Below the pieces are notes generated by a model. The model was not told where the DNA came from and ran no database searches. It saw only the letters and a list, made by a program, of their open reading frames with translations. The position numbers and the translations under genes are program-made. DNA of 64,000 nucleotides from Escherichia phage vB_EcoM_ESCO10, in sequence record OM386655.1; one strand, given 5' to 3'. Shown piece by piece: positions 39,464 through 48,943 of the stretch; the stretch's first letter is position 1; every line of letters begins with the position of its first letter.

Positions 39464-39850
39464 TTATTCTAACGTTAACAAATACTTAGTTTGGTAAAAG
39501 ACACCAGTGATGTCGTCCAAAGTCGATTGGATGGCCTTAGGAAGATTTTTGTAGATTTTATCAGATGCTTTAATAAGTTCATCAAGAAAATCTATAGGGT
39601 CTTTAGGCAGTTCTGAAGCAGACGGCAGTGATGCTTTATATTCTTTGCCACTAAATCCTAGATACTGCTCACTGAACTGGTCTAGTGGTCCTTGAACTTC
39701 CGTATAATAGAAGTCGTATGCTTTGTGTCTTGCATAGCTTTTGGTTTCCAAATGGGCTGACTTAAAATAGGCTAAAGAAACCAATAGCCAGCCAATATAA
39801 GAATCTACTTCAGTCCCTCGACTAAGTACGAAATCATTGAATTTCATCAT
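39464..39850 (-). CDS. hypothetical protein (128 aa)
   Basis: ORF. Confidence 0.5.
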   Translation of the reverse strand: MMKFNDFVLSRGTEVDSYIGWLLVSLAYFKSAHLETKSYARHKAYDFYYTEVQGPLDQFSEQYLGFSGKEYKASLPSASELPKDPIDFLDELIKASDKIYKNLPKAIQSTLDDITGVFYQTKYLLTLE

Positions 39851-40127
39851 CTACCTTCATTAGTTTAGCGTATCGTTCTCCGACCGCCCGACCTTCAATC
39901 GAGCAAGACTCTATTGTATTGCAATTTGAAAGTTTCCAAGAAGCAGTTACATAAGCCCAGTAGTCTTCAGAGGCCTTTACGCTAGGTTTACTCATTTGCG
40001 CATAAACTGGCATCGCACTACTAGCAAAGGCGTCCATCAATTTAGGATCGGATTTGTTTGCTAGTGAAACTGTTGGGCTTAAACATCCAATCATAAGGAT
40101 ACAAGCCACTGTACGGAAAATACCCAT
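39834..40127 (-). CDS. rI: lysis inhibition regulator RI-like (antiholin)
   Basis: 97 aa; signal-anchor N-terminus; C-terminal part resembles T4 RI from memory (SEDYWAYV...CNTIESC...RYAKLM); adjacent to tk as in T4. Confidence 0.6.
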   Translation of the reverse strand: MGIFRTVACILMIGCLSPTVSLANKSDPKLMDAFASSAMPVYAQMSKPSVKASEDYWAYVTASWKLSNCNTIESCSIEGRAVGERYAKLMKVDDEIQ

Positions 40128-40220
40128 ACAAAAGTCCTTTGTTATTTTATACGAATTTGCCTTTCGGCCTTAACCGATAGCGTTTTCCAAAAGCAAAAGC
40201 TCTATGGTTAGTAATTGTAT

Positions 40221-40499
40221 TTATAGCTTTTTAAGCTTACTACAATAAGCATAAAATACATCGTTAAAATTTTCAGAAACCCATCCACGCTGTATAGGCG
40301 AAGTAATTGAAAGCAGATAATGTGCTTTAATTAACTCCATCCCATTTTTATTAGGGCATTCTTTATTATTAGCATTATACGTCGCTGCTACAACCTCTAT
40401 CTCTCTTTTGTAAGCCGTATCATCCATGATAGGCAAAAGAACAATATAAGAAATAGCCACAGCTACCGCTAGAATTAAAATCTTTGAATTTAGGTCCAT
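40221..40499 (-). CDS. small membrane protein (92 aa)
   Basis: N-terminal TM helix. Confidence 0.45.
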   Translation of the reverse strand: MDLNSKILILAVAVAISYIVLLPIMDDTAYKREIEVVAATYNANNKECPNKNGMELIKAHYLLSITSPIQRGWVSENFNDVFYAYCSKLKKL

Positions 40500-40506
40500 A
40501 GTACCC

Positions 40507-41079
40507 TCAACTCGTTATTTCTATCCAATGCTTCCTGCACAATGACACGTAAGAATCGTTGCCACCTATAGAAACTTGGTCGCCGTCCTTAATTGCGATA
40601 CCATTTTGGATACGAGCTGTCATAGTAGCCTTACGTCCACAATGGCACACACCTTTGTACTCAACGAGTTTATCTGCTGTAGCTAATAATTCAGCAGAGC
40701 CAGGAAACAGTTTACCCTGAAAATCAGTTCTTAGACCGTAACACATGACCGGTATATTATAATTATCTACTATCTTTGCTAATTGTTTTATTTGCAAAGG
40801 TTCTAAGAACTGTGCTTCATCCACAAACACACAGTGGATATCTTTTTGAGATTCAGCCCAACGATAGAACTCGTATAGGTCCATATCTGGAGTCACTGCA
40901 TTAGCCTCTTGGCTAATCCCTATACGAGACGAAATTCTATGGCTTGATTCTCTATTATCTATCGCAGGCTTTAAAAGGAGTACACCCATACCACGTTCTT
41001 TGTAGTTATGGGCCGCCGTTAGCAATGAAGAGGTCTTCCCAGAATTCATCGCAGCATAATGGAAATAAAGTTGGGCCAT
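40507..41079 (-). CDS. tk: thymidine kinase
   Basis: 190 aa; P-loop MNSGKTS and C-terminal zinc motif CHCGRKA...SLCRKH; matches T4 Tk. Confidence 0.9.
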   Translation of the reverse strand: MAQLYFHYAAMNSGKTSSLLTAAHNYKERGMGVLLLKPAIDNRESSHRISSRIGISQEANAVTPDMDLYEFYRWAESQKDIHCVFVDEAQFLEPLQIKQLAKIVDNYNIPVMCYGLRTDFQGKLFPGSAELLATADKLVEYKGVCHCGRKATMTARIQNGIAIKDGDQVSIGGNDSYVSLCRKHWIEITS

Positions 41080-41088
41080 ATTACCTTC

Positions 41089-41292
41089 TTAAAGACTATT
41101 TACATAAGCAATTAATTCGTTTTCTTTCTCATCAAACTGTTCGGCGATTTTTTCGTAATCTTCAGCGCTCACAGGACCCCATTCATCGTATGATTGCATT
41201 CCAGAATTCTCTTCTAGAAGCTCATGGATAAGCTCAAACAATTTATCTTTTTGTTCTTTACTTAGACTCATAACCATTGCACCTTTAAACAA
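41089..41292 (-). CDS. hypothetical small acidic protein (67 aa)
   Basis: ORF. Confidence 0.4.
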   Translation of the reverse strand: MFKGAMVMSLSKEQKDKLFELIHELLEENSGMQSYDEWGPVSAEDYEKIAEQFDEKENELIAYVNSL

Positions 41293-41480
41293 TATTCATC
41301 TACGTGTTGGACACGTTTGTTTTTGTCAATAAAAGTATATTCAACATACTCGCCAATATACCGCTTATCCACATTGTGAGGACTTTTTATAGGACACTTG
41401 GTTACTCGGGTTTCAGTCCAGTGTCGAATAATTTCTGCTTTGTTTTTAGGGTCAAACGGATGTGGGTAATGGGCTTTCAT
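41268..41480 (-). CDS. hypothetical small protein (70 aa)
   Basis: ORF. Confidence 0.4.
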   Translation of the reverse strand: MKAHYPHPFDPKNKAEIIRHWTETRVTKCPIKSPHNVDKRYIGEYVEYTFIDKNKRVQHVDEYCLKVQWL

Positions 41481-41922
41481 AATCTACCACCACTAAATTA
41501 ATATCAGGAGTAAACAAATTAATCAATTGATAAACATTGTCCCAATCACCACCAGCAATACCACAGCCAATGCGAGGAATATAAATTCTCGGTTTAAACA
41601 AAAGACCCTTTGCAGTACGGTTTAATTCTATCATACAGTTTACTAAAGCACCATAATCAAGATTAGGACCTGGTTCATATTGCGTATAAAGATTATAGCA
41701 AATTTGGCCATTATTGCCTGTGGCTTGAGTAAATGTCCCAAGTTTTGCCGCATCACCTAAATAAGTGGCTTCTCTATCAATGGCAAGAATAGGTGAATAA
41801 GCCTTAGCCAATTGACCTGCTACGCCCGAACCCATAGTATGAAAACAGTTACACCCATGAGCAACGTTATTACCTTGAAGAAACAGGGCGACGATATCGC
41901 CCTTAATATAATCAATAATCAT
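41452..41922 (-). CDS. macro-domain protein (ADP-ribose binding/processing)
   Basis: 156 aa; macro-domain-like motifs VAHGCNCFHTMGSGVAG and IPRIGCGIAGGDW. Confidence 0.65.
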   Translation of the reverse strand: MIIDYIKGDIVALFLQGNNVAHGCNCFHTMGSGVAGQLAKAYSPILAIDREATYLGDAAKLGTFTQATGNNGQICYNLYTQYEPGPNLDYGALVNCMIELNRTAKGLLFKPRIYIPRIGCGIAGGDWDNVYQLINLFTPDINLVVVDYESPLPTSV

Positions 41923-42275
41923 TTAGAGTTTAGTCCTCGGTTGTAAGAGTCAACGAGTCTGTCTACCATAGACGCGCACATTTCTTTATACTTTTTATCA
42001 GATGGAACACATTCAGTAACATTTAGACGTTGCTCGTATCTTTTAGAAAGGGTTTTCTCTTTCATTCGACGATGCTCGACGTCATTCTGCCCGTCTTTAA
42101 AAGCAGCTGTTATTTTTGAACTGAATTCAATAACACATTCAGTATTACTTGGATGACAATAATCTTTTGCTGTACGGGTAGCATACTCGACAATTGAATT
42201 ATTGGTATCATCAACCTGTGACGCTAATACTCCCGGAGCAATCAACATAAGCGCTATAGTCATCTGTTTAATCAT
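41919..42275 (-). CDS. periplasmic protein with signal peptide (118 aa; possibly Vs-like)
   Basis: N-terminal signal peptide; position next to regB. Confidence 0.45.
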   Translation of the reverse strand: MIKQMTIALMLIAPGVLASQVDDTNNSIVEYATRTAKDYCHPSNTECVIEFSSKITAAFKDGQNDVEHRRMKEKTLSKRYEQRLNVTECVPSDKKYKEMCASMVDRLVDSYNRGLNSK

Positions 42276-42815
42276 TTAATATACCGCCTCAAACATCTTT
42301 TTAGATTTTAGGTAATTGGCCTTTTCTAGAACTTCCGAAGCATATTTACTACCTGCTTTGGCATTCCAGCCTGCATTATAAGAAGCAATCGCTTTTCTCA
42401 GGTCACCTTTGTGAACATTAATCCAATACGACAGTTCAATGTAGGCCCAAGAGGCACTGTTCTGTCGGTTTTGGACCATACGAATTATTTCTTTATCTGA
42501 CATCTTCCAACCTACCTGTTTAACACGACTTCTTAACGTAGGCAAGTAATTTTGGAACATGCCATAAGCATGGTGCTTATCTTTATTTAAACCTTGATTA
42601 ATCCCAGCAGATGATTCCTGCCATAATAATCCAGCCATTATATATCCTAATCCTTTTTGATTAGGGGTTTCTTTGAACTTTCCCGACTTTTGGTATTGTT
42701 CACCGAAAGCATACGCGTAATGTAAATTATCGAGTTGTTCATTACTGAAAGTAGGCTCTACGCTATAGGCAGACATACTAACTGTCAATAGTAAAGTGGC
42801 TAATACTTTTTTCAT
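42276..42815 (-). CDS. secreted lytic transglycosylase-like (SLT domain) protein
   Basis: 179 aa; signal peptide; catalytic-region motifs LWQES and AYNAG. Confidence 0.6.
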   Translation of the reverse strand: MKKVLATLLLTVSMSAYSVEPTFSNEQLDNLHYAYAFGEQYQKSGKFKETPNQKGLGYIMAGLLWQESSAGINQGLNKDKHHAYGMFQNYLPTLRSRVKQVGWKMSDKEIIRMVQNRQNSASWAYIELSYWINVHKGDLRKAIASYNAGWNAKAGSKYASEVLEKANYLKSKKMFEAVY

Positions 42816-42827
42816 GAGACCTCATTA

Positions 42828-43286
42828 TTAAAGATAGATTACTTTAGTGCTCGTTTTACCTTCTAAACGTTTAGAGTTAACAAATGCCATACGACATTTT
42901 AATGAATATCCTTTATCAGGATGTTTACGATCTACAGTCATACCTAACCATAAGGTTTTATCGGTAATCTCGAGACGCAGTGGACGATACACTTTACCTG
43001 GGACAATTTCAGATTCTACATCAGGCATAGGTTCCTGGATTAAAAATTCATGGATTTCTTTAACATGGTTATGGAGTTGCTTGAATAAAGCAAAAACGTA
43101 TTTTTCGTCAATTTCACGTTGGATAGCACGGTCCAATAGGTGATTAGAGTACTTAATAAAGAAAGCTGGGACTCCACTCTTAATGGCGGCTTTTTTGATG
43201 GATGTATTCAGTTCACGAAATTCGGTTTCGAACTGACGACGTAATTTGTTGCGGCGGATGAATACTTCTGAATTAATTTCTGACAT
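42828..43286 (-). CDS. regB: endoribonuclease RegB
   Basis: 152 aa; EVFIRRNKLRR.FE.EFR...HLLDRAIQREIDE matches T4 RegB. Confidence 0.85.
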   Translation of the reverse strand: MSEINSEVFIRRNKLRRQFETEFRELNTSIKKAAIKSGVPAFFIKYSNHLLDRAIQREIDEKYVFALFKQLHNHVKEIHEFLIQEPMPDVESEIVPGKVYRPLRLEITDKTLWLGMTVDRKHPDKGYSLKCRMAFVNSKRLEGKTSTKVIYL

Positions 43287-43301
43287 TTTGTTTCTCCTGT
43301 A

Positions 43302-43342
43302 GTTGATAGGTTTATAGTATCATGCCTACAGGAGATGTAAAC
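43302..43342 (-). promoter_or_regulatory. T4-type early promoter (repeat family)
   Basis: GTTTAC ... ATACTATAAACCTATCAAC upstream of regB. Confidence 0.55.
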
Positions 43343-43346
43343 TGCT

Positions 43347-43598
43347 TTATTCTTGGAATGGTGTGAGTTTTCCAGCTATCGAACAAATTTCTACCATTGC
43401 AGGATAAAACTCTTTCACTTGTTCAAGGCGCTGGACAGCGTACCGCATTTCGCCTTCTTCAAGACAAGCAACCTGGTCATCGAGCAAATATTTGTGGTAA
43501 CCGGTACAGGCTTCGCTAATGATACGTTGGAATTCTTGCAAACTTTCAATTTTCACTAGTATTTTTCCTCGGGTCGAAATACTGCACGACATGCCCAC
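43347..43598 (-). CDS. hypothetical protein (83 aa)
   Basis: ORF. Confidence 0.45.
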   Translation of the reverse strand: MGMSCSISTRGKILVKIESLQEFQRIISEACTGYHKYLLDDQVACLEEGEMRYAVQRLEQVKEFYPAMVEICSIAGKLTPFQE

Positions 43599-43819
43599 AT
43601 GCTGGCTTCTTTTAGATGTTGCTTAGCATACTTAAGAGCCTGCACCGCATCCATATCTTCTTTGGTTTGTTGCTCTGTTTCATTTTCTTTCAAGATATAT
43701 GCTTCTTCAATCAGAGCATCAAACATCAATCCAAGACGGACTTCTGCATCTTTAATAGCGTTCACTTTACCGATTTTATCGTCGGTATGCGGCTTGTAAC
43801 CTTTGATGTCTTCAATCAT
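43556..43819 (-). CDS. hypothetical helical protein (87 aa)
   Basis: ORF. Confidence 0.45.
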   Translation of the reverse strand: MIEDIKGYKPHTDDKIGKVNAIKDAEVRLGLMFDALIEEAYILKENETEQQTKEDMDAVQALKYAKQHLKEASMWACRAVFRPEEKY

Positions 43820-44073
43820 TTCACTTCCTCACCAGTTGCGATATCATATTCTACCAAACGAAGCCCATCCGTCCAACCTTGTACGGAGATATAAGTGGTC
43901 GGATAAACCATTTCTTTACCATTCCATTGACCACCGTCCCAGACTTCCAGAAAGTCTTGTTCACCGGGTCCATTAAACCATTCAACGAATCTTTTCAAGG
44001 CTACATCAGAGCCTTCAATCGTCAGTTTAGACATATTTTTTCCAGTCATTAACCATACGAATCTCTTGGTCAT
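43816..44073 (-). CDS. hypothetical protein (85 aa)
   Basis: ORF, ATGA-coupled. Confidence 0.45.
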   Translation of the reverse strand: MTKRFVWLMTGKNMSKLTIEGSDVALKRFVEWFNGPGEQDFLEVWDGGQWNGKEMVYPTTYISVQGWTDGLRLVEYDIATGEEVK

Positions 44074-44323
44074 ATGTCAAGAGGCTACGAGTTATAATAC
44101 CCTTACATGGTCCTGAGATGAACTCTAGAGTGAAGTAAGGAACTTGTTTCATTAATCGGATACTTGGGGCATGGCATCTAAAACGAGAGCCTGTAAATGG
44201 CCCTGACATGAACACGTATTCTAATGGATAGAAATATGCGTATTCAAAATTTATAGTAAGGTCTTCTCTTCGAACCTTACGTGAGAAATAGCAGAACTCA
44301 AAAAGCTCTTCATCAGTCATCAT
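44027..44323 (-). CDS. hypothetical protein (98 aa)
   Basis: ORF. Confidence 0.4.
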   Translation of the reverse strand: MMTDEELFEFCYFSRKVRREDLTINFEYAYFYPLEYVFMSGPFTGSRFRCHAPSIRLMKQVPYFTLEFISGPCKGIITRSLLTYDQEIRMVNDWKKYV

Positions 44324-44910
44324 TGCATTCCAATCACAAAAAATTGAGGTCGAGTATTACCACCAATGCAAAATTTACTATCGCAGCAGTACTGTACAGT
44401 GTCAATATGGGCACTATAAATCTTATCCATATCAGGAGATTTAATAGGCTCATCAATTATATACAAAATTCGCGAAAGCTTTAAACCTCTGAACTTGCTT
44501 CCTTTATTACCGATAAAGCTACGTAATGAATCATGGAAAAGCCGGTAACGAATATCTTCCGCGCTAAAACGAATAAAATCATTTTTGATAGAATCGGATG
44601 AAATTTTAGCGTAAGCTGAAGTATTAGAAAGAACAATAACTGTTCCGCCATCATATAACCAATTGGCAGCAAAGTTAGTCACAGCAATTGATTTACCGGA
44701 TTGACGTCCACCATCTATACGAAGTGTGCAATACTGTTTAAGTACGTCTTCAAATGGCGGGATATAATCGTTTTTACAAAGTTCTTCTATTCGAGCATCA
44801 GAATGGTGGGTAAAAGCATTCATCAGGGATAGATAAGGTCCGGTTAAAAAAGTTCTCATATTGTTTCTCTTAAGGTTTTGGGGCCATTCCTTGGCACATA
44901 ATTCATCCAT
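44320..44910 (-). CDS. P-loop NTPase-like protein (196 aa)
   Basis: Walker A-like GGRQSGKS. Confidence 0.5.
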   Translation of the reverse strand: MDELCAKEWPQNLKRNNMRTFLTGPYLSLMNAFTHHSDARIEELCKNDYIPPFEDVLKQYCTLRIDGGRQSGKSIAVTNFAANWLYDGGTVIVLSNTSAYAKISSDSIKNDFIRFSAEDIRYRLFHDSLRSFIGNKGSKFRGLKLSRILYIIDEPIKSPDMDKIYSAHIDTVQYCCDSKFCIGGNTRPQFFVIGMQ

Positions 44911-45021
44911 GTATCCGTATGTAACCCTTTACCGCACTTGGGCTCGACCTTATTACAGGTAGGGAAAGGTCCATCACTCAGAGGACGCGACGTTCATGAG
45001 GAGAGGGCCGGCTTGCCTTTA

Positions 45022-45321
45022 TTAGAAAGAACCAGAGCCTTTAATTGTATTCTGACGTCCTTTATTTTCTACTTCAGAGTGGTCGATTTCGTAAGCTTGT
45101 GCTACACCAAAGGATTTTTTAATTTTAGCCAATGAGCCTTTAGAAATAACAATGTTAAAGGTGTTGCCTTTAGAAAAATCAACCAACTCTACAGTAACAC
45201 CGTTATTGGTTAAACTATTAACAATAGCATCAACATATTGCTGGTCTAAAGTTCCCTGAACGCCAATTTGAAAAGCTTTAGGTGCTTTAGCTTCAGTGAT
45301 AAATTCTTGATATGTTTTCAT
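45022..45321 (-). CDS. internal protein (IP) with capsid targeting sequence
   Basis: N-terminus MKTYQEFITEAK matches the T4 IP capsid-targeting sequence (MKTYQEFIAEA). Confidence 0.65.
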   Translation of the reverse strand: MKTYQEFITEAKAPKAFQIGVQGTLDQQYVDAIVNSLTNNGVTVELVDFSKGNTFNIVISKGSLAKIKKSFGVAQAYEIDHSEVENKGRQNTIKGSGSF

Positions 45322-45329
45322 ATTATTCC

Positions 45330-45689
45330 TTAAAGATGGTCAAGGGCTGGGTTATGAGGTTTTTCTGCTTTAGTAGTGTTTTTATGCCAATCTGATTTAG
45401 AAACACGGATGGCATCAGCGCCATAAGAACTCTTAAGGAGACCTTTTTTATTGTACACACTTATTGAAGTAAGAGAATCACCATTCCATGTAGCATGAAT
45501 GAAGTTAGATTTAGATTTAAGTTCTTTAGCCAAGCTCTGGTTAGTGGCCATGGAAGCAAAGTCTATACCTGTAACTTTAAAAACTTCAGATGGGTTCAGC
45601 CCTTCTTTAGCCTTAGCCAATTGTTCAGGAGACATACCTTCGTTAATGCGCTGAGTAGATTCAGTAATAAATTGTTTGTAAGTTTTCAT
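45330..45689 (-). CDS. internal protein (IP) with capsid targeting sequence
   Basis: N-terminus MKTYKQFITES. Confidence 0.65.
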   Translation of the reverse strand: MKTYKQFITESTQRINEGMSPEQLAKAKEGLNPSEVFKVTGIDFASMATNQSLAKELKSKSNFIHATWNGDSLTSISVYNKKGLLKSSYGADAIRVSKSDWHKNTTKAEKPHNPALDHL

Positions 45690-45731
45690 ATTATTCCTTA
45701 AGTTGATAGAAGTATTCTATCACGGATTTAA

Positions 45732-46148
45732 TTAAGCGTAAATAGCCTTACCATAATGTTTGTACCAGGTAGGGCGTTGTGCAATTTTTTCGTCTAAACG
45801 GGCTTGTGATATAGCGATAGAAGCTTCATGGGGAATATAATCACCACGGAATTCCTGAGGAATATCACTAATATCCTGGACTGTAGTATCCTTGATATTA
45901 AACCCGCGTTTTAGACATTCGGCTATAAGCTCAATTTGACGTTTACGTAAGAACTCAAGCTTATCGTAAAAGAATGTAACATGACCCGTGCCAAGGATAA
46001 AACCTGAGCTGATTTTAAAATCACGAACACGTTTACCATTAGCAACATGCTTACGAACTGCACTGAAAACACGTGGTAATTCACGATATTCAGCCATTAA
46101 GTGTTGGTCAGCCAATTCAGATACTAAAGTAAGGTTGATACGAGTCAT
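45732..46148 (-). CDS. denV: endonuclease V (pyrimidine-dimer DNA glycosylase) DenV
   Basis: 138 aa from [26 protein letters not shown] (near-identical to T4 DenV from memory); track ORF is extended 59 codons upstream; RBS AGGAG. Confidence 0.9.
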   Translation of the reverse strand: MTRINLTLVSELADQHLMAEYRELPRVFSAVRKHVANGKRVRDFKISSGFILGTGHVTFFYDKLEFLRKRQIELIAECLKRGFNIKDTTVQDISDIPQEFRGDYIPHEASIAISQARLDEKIAQRPTWYKHYGKAIYA

Positions 46149-46162
46149 TTTTAATCTCCTGT

Positions 46163-46205
46163 GTCGGTATGAGAGTATCATATCACAACTACAGGAGATG
46201 TAAAC
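46163..46205 (-). promoter_or_regulatory. early-promoter-like element (divergent member of repeat family)
   Basis: GTTTAC with conserved spacer; located between e and denV. Confidence 0.45.
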
Positions 46206-46209
46206 AACT

Positions 46210-46704
46210 TTATAGATTTTTATACGCGTCCCAAGTACCAGTTCTAAACGTTGAAATGACTCGCTTAGCTCGGTTGGGGGTCTGTTTGTACCAACGAGAC
46301 TGTGCCAGGTTAACTGCGGCCTCATCCCAACGTTTTTGTTGGAGCATACGAAGAGAGTTAGTAAATCCTGCTACACCAGCTTCACCCATTTGGAAGACCA
46401 TATTAATTAGTGCGCAACGACGAACTTCGTCAAGCACATCATAAACAGGTTTCAATTTAGGATTACGCAGAATAGCTCTACGAGCATTTTCCACTGAACG
46501 ATTAAAGAGTTGTTCTGCTTCAGTCATTGTAATACGACCATTACAAACTCGACCCATAAGTTTATCAAGTTCAGCACGAGCAACATCTTTAGAAGGATTC
46601 TTGGTTATCAATTGACCGATGCCAATAGTCCAATAACCTTCGGTGTCTTTATAAAGATTTAAATCAAGACCTTCGTCTTGACGTAACATATCAAAAATAT
46701 CCAT
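46210..46704 (-). CDS. e: endolysin (T4 lysozyme)
   Basis: 164 aa; colinear with T4 lysozyme including catalytic E11 and D20 context and the C-terminal [19 protein letters not shown]. Confidence 0.95.
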   Translation of the reverse strand: MDIFDMLRQDEGLDLNLYKDTEGYWTIGIGQLITKNPSKDVARAELDKLMGRVCNGRITMTEAEQLFNRSVENARRAILRNPKLKPVYDVLDEVRRCALINMVFQMGEAGVAGFTNSLRMLQQKRWDEAAVNLAQSRWYKQTPNRAKRVISTFRTGTWDAYKNL

Positions 46705-46705
46705 A

Positions 46706-46729
46706 ATACCTCCTGAGTATAGGAGGTAT
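46706..46729 (-). promoter_or_regulatory. SD-sequestering hairpin in the gene e leader, with late-promoter-like AATAAATA just upstream
   Basis: inverted repeat ATACCTCCT / AGGAGGTAT; the 3' arm is the Shine-Dalgarno and the ATG follows 2 nt later. Confidence 0.6.
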
Positions 46730-46738
46730 TTATTATTC

Positions 46739-47188
46739 TTAGAACATCGAGCTCAGAACCTTATACATCGACTGGCCCATGACATATTCCCATTGTGGAC
46801 GTTTAATCAAGGCGAAAGCATCGAACTCAGGAATACTACGACCGTCAGGGAACGTATGATAAGCAGTACATTTGCAATTCTTGAACTGCTCGTGTTCCAC
46901 AGGCACAGTATATAAGAACAGGTGTAGATTCTTATTGCTAGAATATTTGAACTCACCTAGGTCTTTCAGGAACGCAGGGTCATATGCAGTGAATCCAATC
47001 TCTTCTTCGGTTTCACGCATAGCGGCTTGAATTGGTTCTTCACCCAGTTCAACATGACCTTTAGGAATGTCCCATTTATGACGCATATTCTCTGGATTAC
47101 GAGAACCTGTTACACGGCCCATGACTAGTTCTTTATCAACGGTCATGAACAAAATACCTGCTGATAGTTCTTTAACTTTCTTACTCAT
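46739..47188 (-). CDS. nudE: Nudix hydrolase NudE
   Basis: 149 aa from MSKKVKEL; Nudix box [22 protein letters not shown]. Confidence 0.75.
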   Translation of the reverse strand: MSKKVKELSAGILFMTVDKELVMGRVTGSRNPENMRHKWDIPKGHVELGEEPIQAAMRETEEEIGFTAYDPAFLKDLGEFKYSSNKNLHLFLYTVPVEHEQFKNCKCTAYHTFPDGRSIPEFDAFALIKRPQWEYVMGQSMYKVLSSMF

Positions 47189-47426
47189 CGTCTCGTTTCC
47201 ATGATTGGTTAAAAATATCTTGCATAATAATTTCAAGGCGGGTTTCTGTTGATGGACTTTCACTATTAGATACTTGAACCATATAGTCGGAAATAGGACG
47301 GAACATATCCAAGTCACTTTCTAAATCTTCTTTTATTTTCTCTTCCGATGCTCCAGTATCATAGGAATACAGATAAGAATCGCATGATTCAGATTTAACA
47401 TAAATCGCAATACTCATTTTCGACAT
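47181..47426 (-). CDS. hypothetical acidic protein (81 aa)
   Basis: ORF. Confidence 0.4.
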   Translation of the reverse strand: MSKMSIAIYVKSESCDSYLYSYDTGASEEKIKEDLESDLDMFRPISDYMVQVSNSESPSTETRLEIIMQDIFNQSWKRDDE

Positions 47427-48007
47427 TCCTCAATAAAATCATTTAAATTCTGTTTAGTTTTACCTTCGTCATAAAGACGTTGTTGACGACGTAATCGCCA
47501 TGGCATTTCAATAGCCAAACACCAGATACTTAAAGCAGCACCAGCAGTAAAAAGGTTCATTAACCCAGCGCCAATAATAGTTCGTTCTAACGCATCATTC
47601 CAGTTGACATCAATTAAAAACGAGCTCAGCACTAGCATCGGAAATAAAGTAATAAGATATGCCACTACATATCGTCCAAACGTAAGCCATTCAGTATCAA
47701 TGAGCTTGGCCTTCCCATCTTGGAGGCAAATATACTTATCGTCAGTGCGAGTAATTTTCTTTGCGGGTTGCCATCCATTAACGATATATCCCATTTTATA
47801 TTCCTCAATTAAAAGCTCTTTCATATGACGGTTACAGTGCGACCAATCTACTGTACTGGCTGAAAGACCTTCATCACCATCATCAAGATTTCGCCAGGAC
47901 TTTTTAATAACCATATTTTCACCGCTTGGTACAATGATTCCGGCGTTTTCAGAACGCCGGACGAAGTTCACATCAAGGCCCATACATCCGGGTTCATAAA
48001 GAGCCAT
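47414..48007 (-). CDS. membrane-associated protein (197 aa)
   Basis: C-terminal hydrophobic helices. Confidence 0.45.
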   Translation of the reverse strand: MALYEPGCMGLDVNFVRRSENAGIIVPSGENMVIKKSWRNLDDGDEGLSASTVDWSHCNRHMKELLIEEYKMGYIVNGWQPAKKITRTDDKYICLQDGKAKLIDTEWLTFGRYVVAYLITLFPMLVLSSFLIDVNWNDALERTIIGAGLMNLFTAGAALSIWCLAIEMPWRLRRQQRLYDEGKTKQNLNDFIEECRK

Positions 48008-48693
48008 TACCAGCCCTCCATAGGGAATTCAAGATAAACCTGAGCATTAACACGAATTTCATTGGTAATATTTTTAACACGGTCAGTGTTACGAGATACA
48101 CGACCAAACCAACGCCATCCATTACTTACCGTACGAGAACCAGTATGCCAGGTTTGCCAATCAAACTGCAAGAGTGTACGGTCTGGAGCTTCCCACTGCT
48201 CTAATTCACCTGATTCAATTTTAGCCAAGACTTCTTTGTGCCATTGACGATAAATCAATTCACCTTCCGGGATTTCACTAAAGGTAGCTTCACCTGTAGC
48301 AAAATGGGTAGGACACACATCAGCGTTAACAAGACCAAGAATGTGTTCAGATAAATAGAGAGGATTGTCATAATCAGGTTGTCCTGCAGTAATAAAATGT
48401 TGGCCTGTTGGAATAGGTGGACGAGGAACATCGTCGTGGTGATAACCTGGGATAGCCGGATACCAGCCAGGCATCAACATATGCACACGCGAATCAAACA
48501 CTACTTGGTCATTGTTCCAATCATCAGGCAAGTTCATAATAAAAGAGCGCGTAATAGGGCCGCCATTATTATAAGCAAATTCTAAACTACAGTTGAAGAA
48601 CATCGGTTCGTTCTTGATTTTATCATTAGAAATGCCACCAGCAAAACCACCTACTGCACGAGCTTGACTATTAAAAGTTTTAGGACCGTTCAT
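48007..48693 (-). CDS. hypothetical protein (228 aa from ATG)
   Basis: start MNGPKTF with RBS GAGGAAAA; several His/Asp clusters; function unknown. Confidence 0.5.
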   Translation of the reverse strand: MNGPKTFNSQARAVGGFAGGISNDKIKNEPMFFNCSLEFAYNNGGPITRSFIMNLPDDWNNDQVVFDSRVHMLMPGWYPAIPGYHHDDVPRPPIPTGQHFITAGQPDYDNPLYLSEHILGLVNADVCPTHFATGEATFSEIPEGELIYRQWHKEVLAKIESGELEQWEAPDRTLLQFDWQTWHTGSRTVSNGWRWFGRVSRNTDRVKNITNEIRVNAQVYLEFPMEGW

Positions 48694-48706
48694 AATATTT
48701 TCCTCA

Positions 48707-48919
48707 TTACTTTTTATTGAAAAAGTACATTTTACCTTTAGGAGATAAAGATACACGAAGTGCGTTACCGATACCAACTGAACATTTAACCAGGTCGGCA
48801 GATTTCAATTCACCGAACGCTTGACGAAGGTCACCATCACGAGTGTTAACCATCAGGCATTTAGCACCAGCTGCACGAACTTCGTTTAACATGTTGATTG
48901 CTTGGTTAGAAAGTTTCAT
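48707..48919 (-). CDS. hypothetical small protein (70 aa from ATG)
   Basis: RBS GGAGAA; track start is a leader extension. Confidence 0.4.
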   Translation of the reverse strand: MKLSNQAINMLNEVRAAGAKCLMVNTRDGDLRQAFGELKSADLVKCSVGIGNALRVSLSPKGKMYFFNKK

Positions 48920-48943
48920 TTTATTCTCCATTTCACTCTGTTG

